From: an uncultured bacterium
Lineage (GTDB): Bacteria; Zhuqueibacterota; QNDG01; DTFT01
Direction: 5' to 3'
Length of the DNA: 64,000 bases
Assembly: GCA_963736115.1 (NCBI GenBank)
Contig: CAVTNR010000002.1
Location: 46,046-110,045 of the forward strand
The translations under genes were made by a program, and so were the position numbers. Below the pieces are notes generated by a model. The model was not told the origin of the DNA and ran no database searches. It was given only the letters and a program-made list of their open reading frames with translations. Positions 19,919-28,242 of the stretch are shown piece after piece; the first letter of the stretch is position 1; each line of letters starts with the position of its first letter.

Positions 19919-21093
19919 GTGCGGAGCAGATCCTTCACCGCGTCCCGGTGGACGAGGAAGGTGAGCATCTTGAACTTCACGAAATCGTCGCGATAAAAGG
20001 AATAACCCTTGTACGGGCCTTCATGCGCGCCGGAGCCCGAATCCTTGATCAGGAACCAGTCGTGCCCGCCGACCTGGTATGTCCCGATGATGTGGATGCC
20101 GTGGTCATCGCCCGTGGTGCGGTTGTCGATGCGCAGTTCCCGGCTGCTCTGGTTGATCCGGTCGCCTTGGATGTCGTATGTCGGGATGACGGCCAAACCG
20201 CTGTCCTTGTCCTTTCCGGATTCGGATACGTCGCCGCCGATGGCCACTGAGTATCCGTTCCGTATCGCCTGCGTGATCGCGGCGGACCATTCCTCCAGCG
20301 GGGCATTCCAGTATTCCCCGCTATGCCACCAGTTGTCCGGAACCTTGAACTCGCCTTTGGTGAAAAAGGTGTCTGTCATGCAGGACTGGAAGGAAACATA
20401 CGCATCCACGGGAAAACGGAGCTTCTTTTCCAGAAAATCACGCGGGGTTATCCTTTTACCGGCCACGAGAATCGTTTCCGGCGGTTTGCCGAGATGCCGA
20501 TCGAGAATGAGCCGGACATTGGCCAGGGCGTATTCCTCGTCCCAGTTTTCGTGCGCTTTCAGATACGAGAGGAAGTCCCGGAGCTCACGGAAGAGTTTTC
20601 CGTGGTTGTGCTTGACCGCGCCGTTCAGCAGGCCCGTGTAGTCGGACGCAGGCACGATGCCGTACTCCTTCATCCGGAGAAGGACGGCTTCCTGTTCGGA
20701 GCCTTCCCCGAATTCGGAATTCCCCTTTTCCCGGACCCAGCGCCGCGCCTTCTCGACATACTCCCAGTACACAACGTACATCTCGGACAGCTTGACCGGA
20801 GTGCCGTTCAGGCGGTGCAGTTCGGACTCCACGAAGGACAGACCGGAGAAGCACCAGCAGGTGCTCGTCGTATCCTGTCGGATCGGCGGCGTGTGGAAAA
20901 CGGGACGGCAGTCCGCCACGGAGGCCGGATGCTCAATCCCCGAAAAATCCATGGTCAGTACGGTTTTCTTCTGTCCCCAGATGATCTTTTCCGCGTAGAA
21001 TGCGGAATCCGGCTTCATGATCTGACCGGATGCGGCGGCGAAACCAAACGGGATCGCGAGAAACGGGATGGCTTTCGAGATAAAAGATCGCAT
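19903..21093 (-). CDS. C1 family cysteine peptidase (aminopeptidase C / bleomycin hydrolase-like), secreted
   Basis: AGGAGG RBS and signal peptide. Catalytic Cys 'TSTCWCFSG', His 'DHGIHIIG', 'WFLIKDSGS'. 16-nt overlap with the downstream dipeptidase gene. Confidence 0.85.
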   Translation of the reverse strand: MRSFISKAIPFLAIPFGFAAASGQIMKPDSAFYAEKIIWGQKKTVLTMDFSGIEHPASVADCRPVFHTPPIRQDTTSTCWCFSGLSFVESELHRLNGTPVKLSEMYVVYWEYVEKARRWVREKGNSEFGEGSEQEAVLLRMKEYGIVPASDYTGLLNGAVKHNHGKLFRELRDFLSYLKAHENWDEEYALANVRLILDRHLGKPPETILVAGKRITPRDFLEKKLRFPVDAYVSFQSCMTDTFFTKGEFKVPDNWWHSGEYWNAPLEEWSAAITQAIRNGYSVAIGGDVSESGKDKDSGLAVIPTYDIQGDRINQSSRELRIDNRTTGDDHGIHIIGTYQVGGHDWFLIKDSGSGAHEGPYKGYSFYRDDFVKFKMLTFLVHRDAVKDLLRTCEKN

Positions 21094-21109
21094 TATTTCC
21101 TCCTCATGA

Positions 21110-21200
21110 TGTACGCTCCGGGTAAACGTTCCGGGCCTTCAATGCGACAGTGTCTGATAAGTTTGGCCCCGCGCAGCGGGGAGGTTGGGAACCTCCCGGA
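21110..21200. repeat. Direct repeat copy a flanking the small ORF (contains family A sub-modules)
   Basis: TGTACGCTCCGGG..CCGGGCCTTCAATGCGACAGTGTCTGATAAGTTTGGCCCCGCGCAGCGGGGAGGTTGGGAACCTCC. About 85 percent identical by eye to 21459-21540. Confidence 0.8.
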
Positions 21201-21234
21201 GCGTTCCGAATACAACGGAACGAGACCGTTCGTT

Positions 21235-21411
21235 TCAGAACCAGGTCCAGTCGTGATGAGTGAAAAGATAATACACGACGTAAATCCATCCCAGCAAACC
21301 GTGAATCAGTGCCCAGATCACGGCCTTGTTTGCGGTCCACGACAGGATCATGGCCAGCACAGCCCCGAATCCGATCGACGATCCGGCTAAGATTCCCTTT
21401 CTTTCAGCCAT
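21235..21411 (-). CDS. Small hydrophobic protein (58 aa, two predicted TM helices)
   Basis: ATG 21411 with AGGAG 7 nt upstream. 'MAERKGILAGSSIGFGAVLAMILSWTANKAVIWALIHGLLGWIYVVYYLFTHHDWTWF'. It is just below the length cutoff of the supplied ORF track. Confidence 0.6.
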   Translation of the reverse strand: MAERKGILAGSSIGFGAVLAMILSWTANKAVIWALIHGLLGWIYVVYYLFTHHDWTWF

Positions 21412-21458
21412 TACATTCTCCTTTCCCGCACACGCTCCGGTGATTCGCGTATCTCTCG

Positions 21459-21540
21459 GTGTACGCTCCGGGCCTTCAATGCGATAGCGTCTGATATGCT
21501 TGGCCCCGCGCAGAGGGGAGGCTCGGAGCCTCCATGAGCG
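21459..21540. repeat. Direct repeat copy b flanking the small ORF
   Basis: GTGTACGCTCCGGGCCTTCAATGCGATAGCGTCTGATATGCTTGGCCCCGCGCAGAGGGGAGGCTCGGAGCCTCC, immediately downstream of the pfkA stop. Confidence 0.8.
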
Positions 21541-21550
21541 TGATATAACA

Positions 21551-22651
21551 TCAATCCCCCATGCACGTGCCCAACCTGCGGGCCACGTCCACCAAGGGAT
21601 GGTCGGGGCTGACCAGCCGCATCTTTCCGCCGACGTCGCTCAGCGGAACAGCGATGATGTCGTCGCCGCGCAGGGCCACCATGACCCCGGACGCGCCGTT
21701 CTGCACGAGCTCGGCCGCCTTGACCCCGAAACGCGTGGACAGGACGCGGTCATAGGGCGTGGGCGTGCCCCCGCGCTGAAGATGCCCCAGAACAGTGACG
21801 CGGCTTTCAAGTGCGGTGCCCTCCTCGATCGCCCGTGCCAGCACCTGTCCGATGCCGCCCAGCCGAATCGGGTCCGTGCTGGTCTTCACGGTCTGTTTCA
21901 CCACCAGTTCGCCGCCCTTGGGCCGCGCTCCCTCCGATACCACGACAATGCTGAATCGACGTCCCCGCCTGCTCCGGTCCAGGACCGCCGCGCATACTTT
22001 CTCGATGTCATACGGGATTTCCGGAATAAGAATCACGTCCCCGCCGCCCGCGATGCCCGCGGACAGGGTGAGCCAGCCCGCGTACCGGCCCATGAGCTCG
22101 ATGACCATGACCCGGTGGTGCGACATGGCTGTGGTATGAATGCGGTCAATGGCCTCGGTCGCGATGGCAACGGCCGTGTCGAAACCGAAAGTGGTGTCCG
22201 TGCCCCAGATGTCGTTGTCGATGGTCTTGGGCACGCCCACGATATGCACGCCCTTCTGTGCGAGACCCTTGGCGATGGCCATGGAACCATCCCCGCCGAT
22301 GGCCACGATGCACTCGAGACTGAGTTCATCGATGTAACGGACGACGTCGTCGGAAACGTCCGCGAATTGGACGTCATCCCCTTCTTTTTTTACCGCCCAT
22401 TTGAATGGATTGGCCGTGTTCGAGGTGCCGAGAATCGTTCCGCCGATCGTGAGGATCCCGGATACCTGCTCCCAATTGAGCGGCATCACCCGTTTTTCGA
22501 TCAATCCCTGGTAGCCGTCCTCGATGCCGACGATTTCCATGCCATAGGCTCCGATACACGCCTTGGATACGCCGCGGATAACCGCATTCAGGCCCGGACA
22601 GTCCCCACCGCCGGTGAGCACACCGATCCGCTTGGATGGTTTTACCGTCAT
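21551..22651 (-). CDS. pfkA: 6-phosphofructokinase
   Basis: 'RIGVLTGGGDCPGLNAVIRG', 'IGGDGS', 'VPKTIDND', 'TFGFDTA', 'MGRYAGWL'. ATG 22651 has GGAGG 5 nt upstream; the tracked ATG 22663 has none. Confidence 0.9.
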   Translation of the reverse strand: MTVKPSKRIGVLTGGGDCPGLNAVIRGVSKACIGAYGMEIVGIEDGYQGLIEKRVMPLNWEQVSGILTIGGTILGTSNTANPFKWAVKKEGDDVQFADVSDDVVRYIDELSLECIVAIGGDGSMAIAKGLAQKGVHIVGVPKTIDNDIWGTDTTFGFDTAVAIATEAIDRIHTTAMSHHRVMVIELMGRYAGWLTLSAGIAGGGDVILIPEIPYDIEKVCAAVLDRSRRGRRFSIVVVSEGARPKGGELVVKQTVKTSTDPIRLGGIGQVLARAIEEGTALESRVTVLGHLQRGGTPTPYDRVLSTRFGVKAAELVQNGASGVMVALRGDDIIAVPLSDVGGKMRLVSPDHPLVDVARRLGTCMGD

Positions 22652-22675
22652 GATTGCCTCCATATATGATAAAAA

Positions 22676-22704
22676 AGTATAGGCATTTTTTATTTTGAAA
22701 TCAA
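22676..22704 (-). promoter_or_regulatory. Sigma70-type promoter candidate for pfkA
   Basis: The minus strand reads TTGATT - 17 nt - TATACT, about 25 nt upstream of the pfkA start. Confidence 0.55.
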
Positions 22705-22956
22705 TTTAAATATTGAAGGACCCCGCCGCAAGCAACGGGGGATCGCAAAAAACTTAGATGATGGACGCCCCAAGCGGCGGGGGATCAGACCCGTCGGAGC
22801 GGCCAGAAGCCCAATCATCAATCATCCAGAATAACTGGAACCAGAATGACCGGGCTTCTGGCCGCCCGATTGAGTGGATGCAAGGCGGCCCGGATAACCG
22901 GAAACCCTTTGCCCTTCCGCGTCGTTCATACATGGACAGACAGGAGCGGGACGCGG

Positions 22957-23895
22957 ATGAAACGAAGACATATCCTAATGATTCTAATGGGCTTGGCATT
23001 TCTTCAATGCCGGGCCGGAGCGCAGGATCCCATGCCCTACAACAAACTGACCGCGGAAGAGGAGAGGGTTATTCTCCATAAAGGCACGGAAAGGCCTTTC
23101 ACTGGCCGTTTCGTCGATCATGATGAAAAAGGGACCTATTCATGCCGCAGATGCGGGGCTGAGCTGTACCGGTCCGAGGACAAATTCCGGTCGGATTGCG
23201 GGTGGCCGAGTTTCGACGATGAGATTCCGGGCGCGGTCAAACGCGTTCCTGACACGGACGGCAGACGCATTGAAATCGTCTGTAACCGCTGCGGCGGGCA
23301 CCTGGGTCACGTGTTCTCCGGCGAGCGACTCACTCCGAAGAACACGCGTCATTGCGTGAATTCGATCTCAATGGATTTCATCCCCGCGGCCGCCGCTCAT
23401 GACGCGGCCAGCACGGACACAGCCGTGTTCGCGGCCGGATGCTTTTGGGGCGTGGAGCATCTATTTGCGGCGGAACCCGGAGTCCTATCCACGACAGTCG
23501 GTTACACGGGGGGCCGGAAGGAGAAGCCTTCGTACGAAGAGGTCTGCTCGCACGGGACCGGGCACGCGGAGGCCGTTGAAGTCGTTTTTGATCCGGCCCG
23601 GACGTCCTATGAGAAACTGGCCCGCCTGTTCTTCGAGATACATGACTTCACCCAGGTGGACCGGCAGGGGCCGGACGTCGGGGACCAGTACCGTTCCGCT
23701 GTGTTTTTTAGGAACGGGGATCAGAAACGGATCGCGGAGAACCTGATCCGGGCATTGTCGGAAAAAGGACTCAAGGTCGCAACGAAGCTGGAGCCTGTGG
23801 AAACGTTCTGGAAGGCCGAGGAGTATCACCAGGACTATTATCGGAAAACCGGTAAACAGCCGTACTGTCACTTCAGGAGAAAAGTTTTCGAATAA
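22957..23895 (+). CDS. Exported bifunctional methionine sulfoxide reductase (MsrB domain then MsrA domain)
   Basis: ATG 22957 with AGGAG upstream. Signal peptide 'MKRRHILMILMGLAFLQCRAGA'. MsrB 'CRRCGAEL', 'CNRCGGHLGHVF', 'RHCVNS'. MsrA 'GCFWGVEH', 'GYTGG', 'GHAEAVEV'. Confidence 0.9.
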   Translation: MKRRHILMILMGLAFLQCRAGAQDPMPYNKLTAEEERVILHKGTERPFTGRFVDHDEKGTYSCRRCGAELYRSEDKFRSDCGWPSFDDEIPGAVKRVPDTDGRRIEIVCNRCGGHLGHVFSGERLTPKNTRHCVNSISMDFIPAAAAHDAASTDTAVFAAGCFWGVEHLFAAEPGVLSTTVGYTGGRKEKPSYEEVCSHGTGHAEAVEVVFDPARTSYEKLARLFFEIHDFTQVDRQGPDVGDQYRSAVFFRNGDQKRIAENLIRALSEKGLKVATKLEPVETFWKAEEYHQDYYRKTGKQPYCHFRRKVFE

Positions 23896-23926
23896 AATTT
23901 TTTGGTCAGATTCAATACAGCTGTAG

Positions 23927-23965
23927 GTCCGAAATGGCCCGCATCTTCTTGCGGGCCTTTCGGAC
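23927..23965. terminator. Long stem-loop between convergent msr and kbl genes (bidirectional terminator candidate)
   Basis: GTCCGAAATGGCCCGCA / TGCGGGCCTTTCGGAC: 16 bp with one bulge and a 6-nt loop. It starts with GTAGGTCCGAAATGG, a motif shared with 38279 and 38380. Confidence 0.6.
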
Positions 23966-24027
23966 GATCACTGCGGATGAAACCCTGAAGGGTAAATCCC
24001 AAACATAGAACCTTGAACTGTCTCCCC

Positions 24028-25217
24028 TCAGATCACCCCCAGCTTTCTCCCGATCCGCGTGAACGCCTCCACAGCGAAATCCAGGTCCGCCGTTTCGTGC
24101 CCGGCTGAAACCTGCACGCGTATGCGAGCCTGGCCGCGGGGCACGACAGGGAAGCAGAAGCCGATGACGTAAACTCCCTCGGCCAGCAGGGCGTCGGCCA
24201 TGGACAGGGCGCGCCTCTCGTCGTAGAGCATGATGGGCACGATCGGATGGGTTCCCGGCTTGATGTCGAACCCGGCCGCGGTCATGCGTTTTCCGGAAAT
24301 GCGCCGTGTTTTTCTCCAGCCGGTCCCGCAATTCGCGTCGTTCCGGAAAGCAGGTCCAGAACCGCGGATGTGGCTCCCGCCACTACGGGCGCGAGCGTGT
24401 TGGAGAAGAGGTAGGGCCGGCTCTTCTGCCTGAGAAATTCGATCATCTCCCCACGGCCCGCTGCGCATCCTCCGGACGCGCCGCCCAGCGCCTTGCCGAA
24501 GGTGGTGGTGACCAGGTCCACCTTGTCCCGCACGCCGAAAAGCTCGGGCGTCCCCCGGCCCGTGGGGCCGACGAATCCCGTGGCATGGCTGTCGTCCACC
24601 ATGACAAGCGCGTCGTACCGCCCGGCCAGTTCGCAGATGCGGTCCAGTTTCGCGAACGCGCCGTCCATGGAAAACACGCCGTCCGTGGCGATGAGTCGCA
24701 GGCGGCTGGACGCGGCTTCCTTCAGCTTGGATTCCATGTCGTCCATGTCGGAATGAGCGTAAATCAGTCTCTTCGCCTTGGCGAGCCGTATGCCGTCAAT
24801 GATGGAAGCGTGGTTCAGCGCGTCTGTCAGGATCGCGCAGTCTTCGGAGAGGAAAGGCTCGAACACGCCGCCGTTGGCGTCGAAACATGCGGCATACAGA
24901 ATGGCGTCGTCCGTTCCGAGAAAGTCCGCGATTTTCCGCTCGAGTGTCTTGTGGAGTCCCTGTGTGCCGCAAATAAAACGCACGCTGGACAGACCATACC
25001 CCCACCGGTCGAGCGCCTCATGCGCCGCTTCGATCACTTTCGGATGGCTGGAGAGGCCGAGATAGTTGTTCGCGCAGAAATTGAGGACCTCGCGGCCGTC
25101 CGCGAGCCGGATACGCACGGCCTGGGGTCCATCGAGCACGCGCTCGTTTTTATACAGCCCCTCGTCCCGGATGCTTTTCAGCTTCGCGGTCAGGTCGTCT
25201 TTCAGCTTGCCGTACAT
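24028..25217 (-). pseudogene. kbl: 2-amino-3-ketobutyrate CoA ligase (glycine C-acetyltransferase) carrying two +1 frame disruptions 45 nt apart
   Basis: The first ~310 codons lie in one frame ('NFCANNYLGL', PLP-Lys 'TTFGKALGGASGG'). 'ELRDRLEKNTAHFRK' is readable only in a second frame. 'RMTAAGFDIKPGTHPIVPIMLYD...PVVPRGQARIRVQVSAGH...AFTRIGRKLGVI' is in the third. The shifts are at ~24335 and ~24290. Confidence 0.85.
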
Positions 25218-25243
25218 TCGATATTCCTTTCTCCCGTAAAAAC

Positions 25244-25319
25244 GCACCCTGAAGGGTACGGCTACCAAACCATCTCAATATCACGGTAATCTCCGGTAGC
25301 CGCAGCCTTTAGGCTGCGC
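25244..25319. repeat. Inverted REP pair (REPIN-like)
   Basis: GCACCCTGAAGGGTACGGCTACC - 28 nt - GGTAGCCGCAGCCTTTAGGCTGCG. Confidence 0.85.
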
Positions 25320-25324
25320 TTTTA

Positions 25325-25819
25325 TTACATTCCCCATGAATTCAAATCGTATACGGTTGAACCTTTGAACGGATAATCTTTCCATTCTTCCACTATACCC
25401 TTACGAACTGGATTGTCGAGTATGTATCCGACATGCCGCTTCAGATCTTCATCCTTCCTCAACACGTGGTCGTAAAAATCCTTCTGCCATTCAAAACCGG
25501 TATTATTTTTCGACATCCAATACCCGGTTTTTTGTTTAAAAAGAACCAGGCATTTCCGGATATCTGACTCCTCGGTTATCCCCTGAATGGTCAAATGCAG
25601 GTGATCAGGCATGAAAAGATAAATATGGGCCTGACAGTCATGACGCTCCAGTTCATGAATCAGGATGTCTTTAAAAACAGTGACGAGGGACTGCTTGACG
25701 AAGGCTTTTCTTCGGTTCAGAATACAGCAGGTAAACGTCACAACGTTGAATCCTCGGTACAGGCCGCCATCCAGACGGTGTTTCTTTTCCTGTACAAACC
25801 GTGCGGGTTCGTTTGCCAT
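25325..25819 (-). CDS. REP-associated tyrosine transposase (RAYT; IS200/Y1_Tnp-like)
   Basis: ATG 25819 with GGAGG upstream; the tracked start 25870 reads through a REP. HUH 'MPDHLHLTIQG'. Catalytic Tyr context 'GYILDNPVRKG'. 164 aa. Confidence 0.85.
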   Translation of the reverse strand: MANEPARFVQEKKHRLDGGLYRGFNVVTFTCCILNRRKAFVKQSLVTVFKDILIHELERHDCQAHIYLFMPDHLHLTIQGITEESDIRKCLVLFKQKTGYWMSKNNTGFEWQKDFYDHVLRKDEDLKRHVGYILDNPVRKGIVEEWKDYPFKGSTVYDLNSWGM

Positions 25820-25835
25820 TCTCCCTCCCAAGAAC

Positions 25836-26022
25836 GCACCCTGAAGGGTGCGGCTACCCAACCATCCCAATATTACGTTAATATCCGGTAGCCGCAGCCT
25901 TTAGGCTACGCAAAAGCGCAAGCTGAAGCTTGCGGCTACCAAACCATCCCGATATCACGGTAATCTCCGGTAGCCGCAGGCTTTAGCCTGCGCAAGAACG
26001 CACCCTGAAGGGTGCGGCTACC
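25836..26022. repeat. Five REP hairpins in alternating orientation
   Basis: Units at 25836-25858, 25887-25910, 25916-25940, 25969-25992 and 26000-26022. Each is a 6-7 bp stem with a short loop plus a GGTAGCC head. A conserved 28-nt spacer (AAACCATCCCGATATCACGGTAATCTCC-like) separates the head-to-head pairs. Confidence 0.85.
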
Positions 26023-26037
26023 AATGCCCGGCCGCGC

Positions 26038-27072
26038 TCAATCCAGCTCCAGCACCACCTTCCCGCAGTCCCCGGACTCCATGACATCAAATCCCTTCTG
26101 GAAATCATCAAAACGGAACCGGTGGGTGAGCACGGGAGAAATGTCGAGCCCGCTCTGCAGCATGGTTTGCATCTTGTACCACGTCTCGAAAATCTCGCGG
26201 CCGTATATTCCCTTGAGCACCAGGCCCTTGAATATCACCTGGTCCCAGTCGATGCGCGTGCCGGGCGGCAGGATGCCGAGCAGGGCGATGCGGCCGCCGT
26301 GGTGCATGCTCTCGAGCATTTTCTCGAACGCGTCTCCATTCCCCGACATCTCAAGGCCCACGTCGAATCCGATCATGCCGAGTTCCCGCATGGCTTCGGC
26401 AATCGACGACTCGGACACATTGACCGCCCGGGTGGCGCCCAGCCTGCGGGCCAGATTCAACCGGTACGCGTTGACATCCGTGACCACGACATTCCGTGCG
26501 CCCACGTGTTTCGCGATGGCCGAGGCGATCAGCCCGATCGGGCCTGCGCCCGAGACGATCACGTCCTCCCCGACCAGATCGAAGGACAGGGCCGCGTGCG
26601 TCGCGTTTCCGTAGGGGTCGAAGAACGCGGCGATCTCCGACGGAATGCTCTCGTGCACGTGCCACGCGTTCGTCGCGGGCACGGACACGTATTCGGCGAA
26701 GCATCCGTCCCGTTGAACCCCGATGCCCACGGCATTGGTGCACAGGTGCCTCCGGCCGGCCCGGCACGAGCGGCACACGCCGCACACGATGTGCCCCTCG
26801 GCCGACACCCGCTCGCCCGTGTGGAAACCGCGCACCTCGCGGCCCCGCTCCACAATTTCTCCGACGAACTCGTGCCCGATCACCTGGGGCGGATGGATGG
26901 TCTTTTGGGACCACTCGTCCCACTTGTAGATGTGCAGGTCCGTGCCGCAGATGGCCGTCTTGAGCACGCGGACGAGCAGGTCATTGGGGCCGAAGGCCGG
27001 AACGGGAACGTTCTCCATCCAGATCCCGGGCCCGGCTTCCCGCTTGACGAGCGCCTTCATGGTCTTCGACAT
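26038..27072 (-). CDS. tdh: L-threonine 3-dehydrogenase
   Basis: ATG 27072 with GGAG upstream. 'MKALVK', 'ICGTDLHIY', 'GHEFVGE', 'VSGAGPIGL'. 344 aa. Confidence 0.9.
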   Translation of the reverse strand: MSKTMKALVKREAGPGIWMENVPVPAFGPNDLLVRVLKTAICGTDLHIYKWDEWSQKTIHPPQVIGHEFVGEIVERGREVRGFHTGERVSAEGHIVCGVCRSCRAGRRHLCTNAVGIGVQRDGCFAEYVSVPATNAWHVHESIPSEIAAFFDPYGNATHAALSFDLVGEDVIVSGAGPIGLIASAIAKHVGARNVVVTDVNAYRLNLARRLGATRAVNVSESSIAEAMRELGMIGFDVGLEMSGNGDAFEKMLESMHHGGRIALLGILPPGTRIDWDQVIFKGLVLKGIYGREIFETWYKMQTMLQSGLDISPVLTHRFRFDDFQKGFDVMESGDCGKVVLELD

Positions 27073-27190
27073 GTCCTCTCCTCTGAACTCTGTCCGTTGC
27101 ATTCCCGCGGACGAAAGGACCCCTTCGGCCTCCTGAATACCGGGAAGACTCGAACCGGCGGAATCGTCCCGACAAGGACGCCGGAACTCT

Positions 27191-28099
27191 TCAACGGGGG
27201 CCGTATTTCTGATTGAAACGGTCCTGGGGCAGGAACCGTTTTTCGATCTCCCGCACATCCTGAAATCCCACGAGTTCCTTCCAGTAGTCGAAGGAAACGA
27301 CGAGGTCCTCCCGTCCGGGCGCCACCCCGCCCTGCGCCGCGATCGCCTTGAGATACTCCTCCATGCCTTTCACCGCGGCGAACGCCGTGCCCACCGGAAT
27401 GGACACCCGCGCCACGCGGAGCTTCCGGAGTTCCTCGATCGGCATCACCGGCGTCTTGCCACCGACCACGCCGTCGAACAGATTGATCGAGATGGGGGCT
27501 TTAATCTCGGAAACGATGCGCCGGATCTGCTCGGCTGTCCGGGGCGCCTCGACGAAGATGAGATCAGCGCCGGCTTCGGCGTAGGCGTTGCCCCTGCGGA
27601 TCGCCTCGTCGAGCCCGCTCACGGCGATGGCGTCGGTCCGGGCGTTGATGATGAAGTCCGGATCGGTCCGGGCCGCCTTGGCGGCCCCGATTTTTCCGAC
27701 CATCTCCTCGACGGGCACAATTTCCTTGCCTTCAAGATGGCCGCAGCGCTTCGGGAAAACCTGGTCTTCGAGGTTCACGCCGGCGGCGCTGATGGCCTCG
27801 AACTCCTGGACCGTGCGGTACACGTTCACGGCCGTGCCGAACCCCGTGTCACCGTCGGCCATCACCGGCACGTCCACGGCCTGCACGATCTTCCGCGTCT
27901 GGTCGAGCATTTCGCCGTAGGAAAGTAGGCCGACGTCGGGCTTTCCCAGCAGAGAAGCCGCGATGCCGAATCCGGAGCACTGGATGGCCTTGAATCCCGC
28001 GCGCTGGATGAGGATGGCGGAAATCGCGTCGTAGGCGCCTACCATGACCAGGGGCTCCCTCGCTTCGAGCATCTTTCTCAACTGCGTTGTTTTTTTCAT
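27191..28099 (-). CDS. Isocitrate lyase/PEP mutase family protein (2-methylisocitrate lyase / carboxyvinyl-carboxyphosphonate phosphorylmutase-like)
   Basis: '[19 protein letters not shown]', '[10 protein letters not shown]', '[13 protein letters not shown]'. Confidence 0.85.
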   Translation of the reverse strand: MKKTTQLRKMLEAREPLVMVGAYDAISAILIQRAGFKAIQCSGFGIAASLLGKPDVGLLSYGEMLDQTRKIVQAVDVPVMADGDTGFGTAVNVYRTVQEFEAISAAGVNLEDQVFPKRCGHLEGKEIVPVEEMVGKIGAAKAARTDPDFIINARTDAIAVSGLDEAIRRGNAYAEAGADLIFVEAPRTAEQIRRIVSEIKAPISINLFDGVVGGKTPVMPIEELRKLRVARVSIPVGTAFAAVKGMEEYLKAIAAQGGVAPGREDLVVSFDYWKELVGFQDVREIEKRFLPQDRFNQKYGPR

Positions 28100-28242
28100 G
28101 GCGGCTTCTCCCGTCCGAATGGGTCAGGTGGCGGCCGGCCGGAACGCCGGGCGGCGTTCCCGGTCCGGCCGGAAAAGAAAAAGCCGGACGCGACTGCCCC
28201 GGCCTGGTGTCAGCGGTGAAACGGACATGGTCGTCCCGGCTG

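Larger units (their letters stand above)
25244..26022 (-). mobile_element. RAYT-REP locus: IS200-like Y1 transposase gene flanked by seven REP hairpins (REPIN-like doublets)
   Basis: See the component features. The locus is inserted between tdh and kbl, and its transposase is much more AT-rich than its neighbours. Confidence 0.8.

Noticed and set aside
21110-21540. Small ORF flanked by repeats as an integron gene cassette with attC sites.
   Set aside because: There are no RYYYAAC/GTTRRRY core sites and no intI integrase or attI nearby. The repeats are direct copies sharing modules with the dispersed family A elements.
24285-24340. Programmed ribosomal frameshifting as an explanation for the kbl, ald or esterase frame changes.
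   Set aside because: There are no slippery heptamers or downstream stimulatory structures at the sites. Two uncompensated +1 events 45 nt apart in kbl are implausible as recoding. These enzyme families are not known to use frameshifting.
27073-27190. Possible glycine riboswitch upstream of tdh (minus strand contains GCCGAAGGGGT and GGACAGAG).
   Set aside because: The conserved GGAGAG 5' element, the ACCGAAGGGGCAA core and the CTCTCAGG segment are missing, so this is only a short chance resemblance.
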